From the IMG/VR virus record IMGVR_UViG_3300045391_002372: a stretch of DNA of 39,285 nt. One strand, 5' to 3'. How positions within the stretch are numbered: the stretch's first letter is position 1; each line of letters opens with the position of its first letter. Source of the DNA: a virus. Under the pieces are notes generated by a model. The model was not told the DNA's origin and did not search any database. It worked only from the letters and a program-made list of their open reading frames with translations. Below, in pieces: positions 18,478 through 26,159 of this stretch. The position numbers were made by a program, and so were the translations under genes.

Positions 18478-19360
18478 ATGGATACTCGCGCTCTTTGCGC
18501 TTGTATTTATAGCGGCACCATTAAAAGCACAGCCGGTTTGCGTTTCTTACTTTGCATCGGAAGCTTTTAGTACTTCGCAATGCAAAGAAGCACTGAAGGT
18601 ATTTGATGGCGTGCGTCATCCCTGCATGGCGACATTGTGGGGAACGTTTGGCAGGCACGGGCCAGATGGTTGTACGGCGCATTTTCTGCGCAAGTTTGGC
18701 GGGCGCAAACATACATTAGAGATTCAATTTGAAAACTGGTCAGGCCGTAGGCGTCATGCATTAAAACAGGGCGAATTATTCCCGACGTTCGGTGTCAGTC
18801 AGTACGTTAGAAAAATAGAGCTTAAAGATACGTTAGTCATTGCTCGCATACGTGCACGCGCAGAAGCTATCGCTAAATTCCTAAGCGAACAGGCAAGCGA
18901 GAACGCAGAGATCATAGTTACTACAGGGCTTGAAGATAATCTTTCTAATCGAGCCTATCGAATTGTTTTAGCAGAACTAAAAAAAACTTTACCGGCCAAC
19001 GTGTTGTTAGCCAGGAACCCTGAGGGCGCAGATGAGAAAAATCATAGTTTTGATGGTGCTGACTTTGCAGAGCTGCATACCGTATCCGCCAAATTTAACC
19101 AGCCCGGAAAATGTATTGTCAGTCTCGACGGACAGGACATCGATTTTACAAACAGCCGACGGGAAGACAACCGTAACGTACGATATGCCAGTTTGTTTAA
19201 TCAAATCCGCAGATACAGAGCGCGTCACTGTTACTTCATCCTCTGGTGGGCAGCCGTCCAAGGCAAGCAGTCTATTAACCCTCGCAGCCGGTCTTTTAGC
19301 TTTAGTAGTAAAAATATTTCTTTAATTAATTTATTGCTTAGGAGATTTTCACATGAGTGA
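18470..19360 (+). CDS. Secreted or membrane-anchored protein (296 aa), function unknown; possible exported hydrolase
   Basis: N-terminal MNKWILALFALVFIAAPLKA-QP signal-like segment; TTG start overlapping the previous stop. The last ~100 codons overlap an ORF in another frame. Confidence 0.5.
   Translation: MNKWILALFALVFIAAPLKAQPVCVSYFASEAFSTSQCKEALKVFDGVRHPCMATLWGTFGRHGPDGCTAHFLRKFGGRKHTLEIQFENWSGRRRHALKQGELFPTFGVSQYVRKIELKDTLVIARIRARAEAIAKFLSEQASENAEIIVTTGLEDNLSNRAYRIVLAELKKTLPANVLLARNPEGADEKNHSFDGADFAELHTVSAKFNQPGKCIVSLDGQDIDFTNSRREDNRNVRYASLFNQIRRYRARHCYFILWWAAVQGKQSINPRSRSFSFSSKNISLINLLLRRFSHE
19032..19325 (+). CDS. Embedded lipoprotein with a C-terminal TMD (97 aa), unimolecular-spanin-like architecture
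   Basis: GAGGG SD 5 nt before ATG 19032. MRKIIVLMVLTLQSC fits the lipobox pattern, and the C-terminal LLTLAAGLLALVVKIFL is hydrophobic up to the stop. It lies entirely in the +1 frame of 18470..19360. Confidence 0.5.
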   Translation: MRKIIVLMVLTLQSCIPYPPNLTSPENVLSVSTDRTSILQTADGKTTVTYDMPVCLIKSADTERVTVTSSSGGQPSKASSLLTLAAGLLALVVKIFL

Positions 19361-19604
19361 CATTAAAGATTTAGTAATCAATTGGATTTTCACGAAGATT
19401 CCGCTGCTTAGTTTGCTCGATGGTTATAAGACAAAGATAGGCGAGCTACTGGCGTTTCTTTCAGCACTCGATCTTTTATTGCTGCATTACTTCCCTACGT
19501 TGCCATATGTAAACCAAATTGACGGCTGGGTAGTTTTACTATCCGGGCTTGCAGTTCGTTACCTTGGGATCGCCCATGCTGATGCTAAGGAGAATTTAAA
19601 GTGA
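19353..19604 (+). CDS. Two-TMD small membrane protein (83 aa), class II holin-like
   Basis: Strong SD cttaggag 19337-19344. Hydrophobic segments ELLAFLSALDLLLLHYF and GWVVLLSGLAVRYLGI, with a charged C-terminus. Confidence 0.5.
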   Translation: MSDIKDLVINWIFTKIPLLSLLDGYKTKIGELLAFLSALDLLLLHYFPTLPYVNQIDGWVVLLSGLAVRYLGIAHADAKENLK

Positions 19605-19960
19605 CGTTACCGGGTAAATACGACCTCTATTTGTATGAGGCCACAGACGAAACGCGGACTATTACTATTAAAGATAGTAGTGGTACCGCGTTAAATCTTT
19701 CTTCGGGCTACACAGCAAAATTACAGGTTAGAGAAAAGGTTGCAGATACTACTGCGAAAGTATCGCTCACCGAATCAAGCGGGATCACATTAGGCAATGG
19801 TACGGGAAACGTAGTCATTACCTTCACCGATACTCAGGTGAACACACTAGGCGCTAAATTTAAAGGCGTTTATTCCTTAGTGATAACCCAGACAAGCGGA
19901 AGTATCTCTACTGCTTGGCTTGCTGGCGATGTCTACGTAACCCCGAACCCAACTAGATGA
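19601..19960 (+). CDS. Ig-like / BppU-N-like small tail protein (119 aa)
   Basis: GTGA overlap. An all-beta pattern (YDLYLYEATDETRTITIKDSSGTALNLSSGYTAKLQV...) is typical of Ig-like fibre adaptor domains. Confidence 0.4.
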   Translation: MTLPGKYDLYLYEATDETRTITIKDSSGTALNLSSGYTAKLQVREKVADTTAKVSLTESSGITLGNGTGNVVITFTDTQVNTLGAKFKGVYSLVITQTSGSISTAWLAGDVYVTPNPTR

Positions 19961-22900
19961 CCGTTGAAGTAAGCGCGCCTCCTACAGTTGTCATTTCAGC
20001 CGCGCCGCAGGTGGTAGTCTCGGACTCTGGCAAAATCGTAGAAGTTACCGCACCGGCAACTATTGCAGTTATACAGCCGGAAGAAATCATTATCGATGTT
20101 AGCTCGGCGGTTCTTTCGACAGGTGGGGCCGAGACGGATCCGCTTTCCATCCATATTGATGGCACGAGTACGACGACCGCACAAATCCCGTTTGCATATG
20201 GCTTATCGGCTTCATATCCAAACAATTTAATCGTAACGACCGACCCCGCTGGCCCATTACTTTCAAACCCCACTGGTACGCAATACGGACTACAGGTGCA
20301 TGAGGGACACCGCACCGGCTACGATAATGGATCTGCTAACAGCCTAAATTATATTGGGCTAGAAAATTACGGGAAAATTGTAACTGAGATCGCATCCGGC
20401 ACCACGGTTGCAGCCCCCGGATGGACCGGGCTTTATACCTATCTGGAGCCTTTTTGTGTAAACACTTCCCGCATAACCGGCGGTTCGTCGATTACCGGGC
20501 ACTATATAAACGTCCGATCACAATTCGGTATAGGCTCTGAGGCCAATTCAGTTACAACGGGGCTTCAAATCGCCGTACGCTCGAATCATGTTTTTGATTC
20601 GATTTATGCGCTGAAAATCGACGAGGTAAACGGCGGCAACTTTGGTACCGACCGATGGGCTATCTATGATGCAAGTACGGCAGACTGGTGGCTAAAGGGA
20701 AATACTAAGCGGATATATTTCGGCGCTTCAAAACAAGCGGCGATTTATTTCGACGGCACCAATGCTCAATTTACCTCAACCGGCGGCATTGCTCTAAACA
20801 CACTAACGACCGGCGGCGTAGTTAAATCAACTGCAGCAACGGGCGTGATAGCGAACGCTTCTGTAAGCGACATCCTTTCCGGCCTTGGCCTAACAATATC
20901 CCAAGGCGATCTAATTTATGGCTCAGCGGCAAGTACGGTTGCCACGCTTACTAAGAACACAACCGCCACAAGATATCTTTCCAATACTGGAAGCTCGAAT
21001 AATCCCGCATGGGCGCAAGTCAATTTATCAAATGGCGTAACCGGAACGCTAGCGAGTTCTTCTGTCGGAGCAGCCGGTTCTAATACTTATGTTCAGTATA
21101 ATAATTCAGGAGTTTTAGGCGCCGAAGCTGCATTCACTTACGATGCATCCACCGATACGCTCGCCGTAGTTAATCAAGCTCTTACCGGCACATCATCCTA
21201 TACGACCACAACGAGCGCTATTGAAGTTGTAAGCCCCATAACGGGAGATTCGACGTCGCTAAAACTTTCGCGCACCGGTTCTGCGATGCCCTTTCCATTT
21301 ACTTGGAACGTTACGATTGGAAAACCCGGTTCATATGATGCTTATTTAAAAATCTGGCGCAGCCGCGATCCAGTGACGGGGACCGTAAGAACAGAAAACG
21401 ATTTTGATTTTGCACTGGCGCAAGATGGCACGCCATTAATCTTCAATCATAATTTAGGATTATCGGATAATTATACTTTCGGATCGTATTCTGTTGGCGC
21501 TCTTGCTTATTATCTACCCTACTCGGGCGGAGCCGCACCGAGGGCGCAGCTTTGGTTTACAACTGAAAGCGGCTCGCCATATCGCGGAACGTTTGAGTTT
21601 GGCGGGTACTCTTATAATGGCGGGCTGCATAACGTAAATTTTTGGACTGCAAGCCATCAAACAACAACGTTACCGGCCTATATTGCTTATTTTGTTCCGC
21701 AGACTTTAGCGGCGGGAACAACGACCACAAACACAGCGCCCTTAAAATGGGTAAGTGGGCCTCTCAATACTAGTCCAAGCGCCGGCAGTCAGGAATTTCT
21801 TACGGATAAATGGTACGGGGTAATCACAACCGGCACAGCTAGAAAAGAATTTGCTTTAGTAGATGCTTCAGGCGGCTTAACTTCCGGACGGTTCCCATAC
21901 GTAACAACTAATGGCCGATTAACCGATTCCGCGCGCGGCTTTTTTGATGGCACTAATTTCATATTAGGCAACGGCTCATCTACTGCAACTTTTACTCTTG
22001 ATATGAAAGGTGGGGTCGGCACTTCGGCGTTTCGCCTAATAAATGATAAGGGCGATACGGATATCCTTGCAATAAAGGAGCGCGGCGGGCTTTACTATAA
22101 CAACTGGTCAAACTCTGCCGCATTTACGATCCAAAACAATGACAACAGCGCCAGCAGCACTAGTGCGCAGGTTCTAACCCTAATCGGCGCATCTGGACAA
22201 AGTGGTGATTATTTTCATATCTACGATGTTGGGTTCAACGACCTAGCCTCAATTAACTCTTCCGGCTATCTCGCAGTTCGCAGAGAAACAATAACTGATA
22301 CCGGAAACTCTAACTCGACCCCCTGGATTGTTAAAAACGATTCCTTTACCTCCGCAAGCTATACCCTTAAGGGCTTGCAGATTTCACTGAATACGGTAGG
22401 CCGTCCAACGCTTGACGGTTTAACGGTAGGCGGCTCAACTAGAACCGGCCTAGAATTTCGCGGACCGTCCTCTGGCACCGGAATGGATCTGTTTTTCAAT
22501 ACCGCCTCAACTACTTGGTACAACAATTCAGCAATCGGAATGTTGGGTAATGTGTTTGCTGCGACAGTGCCGATGATGAACATGACCACAGCAGACGTTG
22601 CTGAATTTGGGCCAAACTACGATGCTAACTCAGGCGGTTGGCGTACGTTTCCAGTCAAATTCTATTATGGCGAAAATCTTTCAGACGCTACAATAGATGG
22701 CGGATATTTTTCCTGGGTTAGAAAAGATAACGGTGGCACCGAAACTGAGGTAGGACGCTGGACCGGCACAGGGCGATTCGGTGTTAGAACTTCAGCGCCA
22801 GATAGGGCAGTCGAGATCAACGACGCAAGCGGGAATACATTGCGGCTTACCTATAACGATTCAAACGGTTCAGCGGCAAATTATACCGATCTATTAGTCA

Positions 22901-23076
22901 CAAGCGGCGGCAACCTTACGATTACACCATCCGGGGGCACTATTAACGCTGACGGATATATAGCGCCGAAATCCTCAACCGATGCCGCAGCGCCCAACAA
23001 CTCAATTTATTATTCAACGACGCAATCCAAACTTGTTTATAAGGATTCCGGTGGTGTCTCTAATGCACTTTATTGA
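19957..23076 (+). CDS. Large tail fibre / tailspike protein (1039 aa)
   Basis: ATGA overlap; Gly/Ser/Thr/Asn-rich, beta-rich sequence; size. Confidence 0.65.
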   Translation: MTVEVSAPPTVVISAAPQVVVSDSGKIVEVTAPATIAVIQPEEIIIDVSSAVLSTGGAETDPLSIHIDGTSTTTAQIPFAYGLSASYPNNLIVTTDPAGPLLSNPTGTQYGLQVHEGHRTGYDNGSANSLNYIGLENYGKIVTEIASGTTVAAPGWTGLYTYLEPFCVNTSRITGGSSITGHYINVRSQFGIGSEANSVTTGLQIAVRSNHVFDSIYALKIDEVNGGNFGTDRWAIYDASTADWWLKGNTKRIYFGASKQAAIYFDGTNAQFTSTGGIALNTLTTGGVVKSTAATGVIANASVSDILSGLGLTISQGDLIYGSAASTVATLTKNTTATRYLSNTGSSNNPAWAQVNLSNGVTGTLASSSVGAAGSNTYVQYNNSGVLGAEAAFTYDASTDTLAVVNQALTGTSSYTTTTSAIEVVSPITGDSTSLKLSRTGSAMPFPFTWNVTIGKPGSYDAYLKIWRSRDPVTGTVRTENDFDFALAQDGTPLIFNHNLGLSDNYTFGSYSVGALAYYLPYSGGAAPRAQLWFTTESGSPYRGTFEFGGYSYNGGLHNVNFWTASHQTTTLPAYIAYFVPQTLAAGTTTTNTAPLKWVSGPLNTSPSAGSQEFLTDKWYGVITTGTARKEFALVDASGGLTSGRFPYVTTNGRLTDSARGFFDGTNFILGNGSSTATFTLDMKGGVGTSAFRLINDKGDTDILAIKERGGLYYNNWSNSAAFTIQNNDNSASSTSAQVLTLIGASGQSGDYFHIYDVGFNDLASINSSGYLAVRRETITDTGNSNSTPWIVKNDSFTSASYTLKGLQISLNTVGRPTLDGLTVGGSTRTGLEFRGPSSGTGMDLFFNTASTTWYNNSAIGMLGNVFAATVPMMNMTTADVAEFGPNYDANSGGWRTFPVKFYYGENLSDATIDGGYFSWVRKDNGGTETEVGRWTGTGRFGVRTSAPDRAVEINDASGNTLRLTYNDSNGSAANYTDLLVTSGGNLTITPSGGTINADGYIAPKSSTDAAAPNNSIYYSTTQSKLVYKDSGGVSNALY

Positions 23077-23084
23077 GGATAGCT

Positions 23085-23330
23085 ATGGATGAAAATATAT
23101 TGAGGGTTAGCGTATTATCGCGCGGAGGGTTTGCAAAATATCTCGCGGATTATATTACGGCCAATCCCAAGATCTTAAACGACTTTGAAGCAGTCGAGAT
23201 TGATTTAAATATCGCGACATTAGAAGCGCAGAAGGCCGATCTTGATGTCCGTTTAACTGCCCTGCAGGCTACGAAAGCTGACAAAGAAGCATCTATAGAA
23301 GCACAACCCCTTGAGGAACCAACCCCATGA
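23085..23330 (+). CDS. Small coiled-coil protein (81 aa from ATG 23085; track start 23073 is TTG)
   Basis: gagga SD before ATG 23085. Confidence 0.45.
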   Translation: MDENILRVSVLSRGGFAKYLADYITANPKILNDFEAVEIDLNIATLEAQKADLDVRLTALQATKADKEASIEAQPLEEPTP

Positions 23331-23530
23331 CCGTACCCCAGCAAGCCACCAAGACAATCGAAAACGCAACAATTCCGGAGCTATTCGCAGCCTATAAGCA
23401 GCGCTTATTGGCATTGCCGGTCATCCAAGCTGAACTAGTTGAGATTGAAAAGAAGATCCAAGAAAGGACCGCAAACGATCCAGCGCTAGCCGAAGAGGAT
23501 CGCAAGGCTCAAGAAAGGATTGCTGATTGA
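23327..23530 (+). CDS. Hypothetical protein (67 aa)
   Basis: ATGA overlap. Confidence 0.45.
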   Translation: MTVPQQATKTIENATIPELFAAYKQRLLALPVIQAELVEIEKKIQERTANDPALAEEDRKAQERIAD

Positions 23531-23718
23531 AGCCGCTAGAATCATTCACCATAGTTGAGGCTGACCTAAGTGAAGCCAATATGCCCGATCTCTCTCAGAT
23601 TCTAATCTGTAACAAAGGAGATGTTTTAGTCCTCGCTCAAGATGGCGACCTATTAACCTTTGATAAAGCAGCCGCTAAGGTTGCGGCGGCGGCAATAGCT
23701 AAATTCCTTGAATCCTGA
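23527..23718 (+). CDS. Hypothetical protein (63 aa)
   Basis: TTGA overlap; TTG start. Confidence 0.4.
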   Translation: MKPLESFTIVEADLSEANMPDLSQILICNKGDVLVLAQDGDLLTFDKAAAKVAAAAIAKFLES

Positions 23719-24238
23719 ACAGCAACCCAAACAAGAAGACTCGCTAGAGTCGCTAAAATTTCCCTCACATAACCTAACGCCGCTACGGTTTCACTCCAAA
23801 TCAGAAGCCGTAATAGCTCAACTATTCGAGCGCTATATTCCCGGCTGGCGCGCAACCATGGGCGATACAATTCAAATTCCAATCGGCAAAAAGTCAGTTG
23901 ATTTTCTGATCGGTGACTGCTTCATTGAATACCATCCAATCACGATAAAACACGATCTTAAATCTTGGCGGGCATCTGAGATATTTAGCCGCATGTATCG
24001 AGAGCTTAAGGGACATAAGCGCGACACGTTTGTGGAGATGCTCACAGAAGAATTAGGCGCTCAATACTTTCACCGTAGGCGGCAATTGATTGACTCATCC
24101 CCTGAGTTTAAAGGACACGATCTATTACTTTGCTGCAATTCGTTTGATGTTTATAAGATGGCCATAAAACGCTTCTCAGATACGCCGCCTAGATGGGCTA
24201 CGTTTAGGGCTGAATGGGAGGAGTTGCAGAGGAGTTAG
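23708..24238 (+). CDS. PD-(D/E)xK nuclease-like protein (176 aa)
   Basis: FHSKSEAVIAQLF...KKSVDFLIGDCFIEYHP fits the S-x-x-E ... (P)DF ... (I/V)E-x-(K/H) layout of restriction-endonuclease-fold proteins. TTG start. Confidence 0.4.
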   Translation: MNPEQQPKQEDSLESLKFPSHNLTPLRFHSKSEAVIAQLFERYIPGWRATMGDTIQIPIGKKSVDFLIGDCFIEYHPITIKHDLKSWRASEIFSRMYRELKGHKRDTFVEMLTEELGAQYFHRRRQLIDSSPEFKGHDLLLCCNSFDVYKMAIKRFSDTPPRWATFRAEWEELQRS

Positions 24239-24645
24239 GCTTTCTCTGGCTTATCCTCGAACGGTCCGTGCAATACCTCGTATTGAATCCCATTCGTATC
24301 AGCGCCCAATATTCTTAATCGTAGCTTACGAAATGAAATCTCTTTTGACGCGGCTATATCGTAAGTTAAATCTTGATTGAAGGCAGGTCGCGCCATTGAA
24401 TAGCTACCCCCCGCAGAGCTGCTTCCATACTCCCTATATTGAATCCTAACGACCGATCCGGTCATGCCCGAATATACCAATTCGTGATCCATGCTTGTGG
24501 CTACTAAAACTTGATAGCTGCTTTCGTGCCAATTAATTAATGGCTCGCCAATATTCGCATGCAATGGCGCATTCAGCGCATATTCGAACTTCTGCGAGGT
24601 GCAGCCAGCCAGCGCGATCAAAATCGCTAATATTAGTTTCTTCAT
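24235..24645 (-). CDS. Lipoprotein (136 aa), candidate lysogenic-conversion or superinfection-exclusion factor
   Basis: MKKLILAILIALAGC is a canonical lipobox. It is co-oriented with and directly downstream of the repressor gene. Confidence 0.7.
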   Translation of the reverse strand: MKKLILAILIALAGCTSQKFEYALNAPLHANIGEPLINWHESSYQVLVATSMDHELVYSGMTGSVVRIQYREYGSSSAGGSYSMARPAFNQDLTYDIAASKEISFRKLRLRILGADTNGIQYEVLHGPFEDKPEKA

Positions 24646-24653
24646 ATTGCTTC

Positions 24654-24920
24654 CTATTTTATTTCGTCGATACGTCTTTTAATTCTCTTTTTCCTTTCCG
24701 TCTCAGCTTCAACCTTTAATCGACTCCAAAACTCACTAACGCTCAAACCCGATAACTCCTGAAGTCTCACAAGCATTAATTCGCGCGTTGATATTGGCAA
24801 TTTCTCGTAGTGCGCTAATTGCGTCGGTGTAATTCCAAGCTCAGCGGCCATCTTGTAGCTAGTCCAACCTAGCGATTTCTTTATTGATTTTATAATTTCC
24901 ACATTTACATTAGAGGCCAT
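24654..24920 (-). CDS. XRE-family HTH repressor (88 aa from ATG at 24920; track start 24935 is TTG)
   Basis: SLGWTSYKMAAELGITPTQLAHYEK is an XRE/Cro-CI type helix-turn-helix. It is divergent from the early operon. Confidence 0.7.
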   Translation of the reverse strand: MASNVNVEIIKSIKKSLGWTSYKMAAELGITPTQLAHYEKLPISTRELMLVRLQELSGLSVSEFWSRLKVEAETERKKRIKRRIDEIK

Positions 24921-24962
24921 ATTTCTATTTCTCAAAATAATACATTTTCTGCATTAAAGTTC

Positions 24963-25011
24963 TTGCAACCCTATACCGAATATTATAATCTCAGACATAC
25001 AGAGATTGCAA
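24963..25011. promoter_or_regulatory. Overlapping divergent sigma70-like promoters sharing a palindromic -10 (TTGCAA-N13-ATTATAAT-N16-TTGCAA)
   Basis: Plus strand: TTGCAA 24963-68 and TATAAT 24984-89. Minus strand: TTGCAA (complement of 25006-11) and TATAAT (complement of 24982-87). The spacers, 15 and 18 nt, are non-optimal. Confidence 0.4.
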
Positions 25012-25042
25012 TACAATCCCTGCAAGGTAGAATGGAGACGAA

Positions 25043-25378
25043 ATGACAACCAAACAACCAATAGTCCTAAACGAACGCGCCCTAGAAATTATCTCGCGTC
25101 AAAGAGACTTGATGCACGAGATCGCAAACACAATTGAGAAGATCCCCGGCACCGATAACCGCAGACACGCGGAAGAAATACGCCAGATCGCAGACAATGA
25201 AGGGCTTGGATACTTCGATTGCTTCTACTGCGTGGAATGCGAAGAGGTGCACCATGACTGTCACAAACATAGGGATTCTGGCTTCTGTAGAGCTTGTACG
25301 CGCAAGTTAGATAAGGAAGCCGAGGAAAGCGTTAAGTCACTAGAGCAAGATTACCAGTGGGCGAAAGGGGGGCGGTAA
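25043..25378 (+). CDS. Cys/His-rich early protein (111 aa), zinc-binding-like
   Basis: ggaga SD; CFYCVECEEVHHDCHKHRDSGFCRAC cluster. Confidence 0.55.
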   Translation: MTTKQPIVLNERALEIISRQRDLMHEIANTIEKIPGTDNRRHAEEIRQIADNEGLGYFDCFYCVECEEVHHDCHKHRDSGFCRACTRKLDKEAEESVKSLEQDYQWAKGGR

Positions 25379-25379
25379 G

Positions 25380-26159
25380 ATGACTAAGGAGCTAATAACC
25401 ACAAACGGCGCAGGTTTGGACTTCACATCGAAGGAGGTGATCCAAACGCTTAAGGCAACAGTGGCGCAGGGCCTTAATGACCCTGAATTTGCGCTGTTTG
25501 CAGAGCACTGCAAGGCGACGGGACTAAACCCGTTTAAAAAGGAAGTATGGGCAATCAAGGCAGGGGGGCGGCTGCAGATCATGACCGGGCTAAATGGTTA
25601 CCTTTCAATTGCAAACTCACACCCTCAATTCGACGGTATGGAAATTGAAGTCGATAACGACGACAAGCCAACCAAGGCCACATGCCGCGTATACCGCAAG
25701 GACCGCAAATATCCGGCTGTTGGGGTGGCGCTCCTTAAAGAGTACGGCAAATCAACGCCCATATGGCAGCAAATGCCGCGTGTGATGCTAACCAAGGTAG
25801 CTAAATCTATCGCGCTGCGTGAGGCATTCCCGCAAGAGTTAAACGGCACCTATACAGCAGAAGAAATGCCGCCTGAGTATTCAGAACCAAAAGCGCAACG
25901 GCCAACGGTAACAACAGCCGATCAGCTTCCGGCCTCTGTCGCTAACGACCCGCTCCCTAAATTCGAAGACGAGGATCAAACCCCGGTAGAAATCCCGGCT
26001 TATCCTTACGATCTCTCCGAAGCGTCACCGGAAGAGAAGCCAAAATATGAACGGATGCTGCAGAAGGTAGGCGCTACCTGGGACGACGATCAATTGGTTT
26101 GGTTGTCGCCTAAGAGAGTTTCAAATCTGAAAGCGTTTTTGGTGGAGATGCCAGCATGA
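25380..26159 (+). CDS. recT: RecT-family single-strand annealing recombinase (259 aa)
   Basis: GLNPFKKEVWAIK...LNGYLSIANSHPQFDG...MPRVMLTKVAKSIALREAFPQELNG matches conserved RecT blocks. Confidence 0.75.
   Translation: MTKELITTNGAGLDFTSKEVIQTLKATVAQGLNDPEFALFAEHCKATGLNPFKKEVWAIKAGGRLQIMTGLNGYLSIANSHPQFDGMEIEVDNDDKPTKATCRVYRKDRKYPAVGVALLKEYGKSTPIWQQMPRVMLTKVAKSIALREAFPQELNGTYTAEEMPPEYSEPKAQRPTVTTADQLPASVANDPLPKFEDEDQTPVEIPAYPYDLSEASPEEKPKYERMLQKVGATWDDDQLVWLSPKRVSNLKAFLVEMPA

Noticed and set aside
19953-20315. 120-aa minus-strand ORF at the start of the large fibre gene
   Set aside because: It is antisense to a continuous 1039-aa ORF that is coupled by ATGA to its upstream gene, and its composition is typical of a shadow frame.
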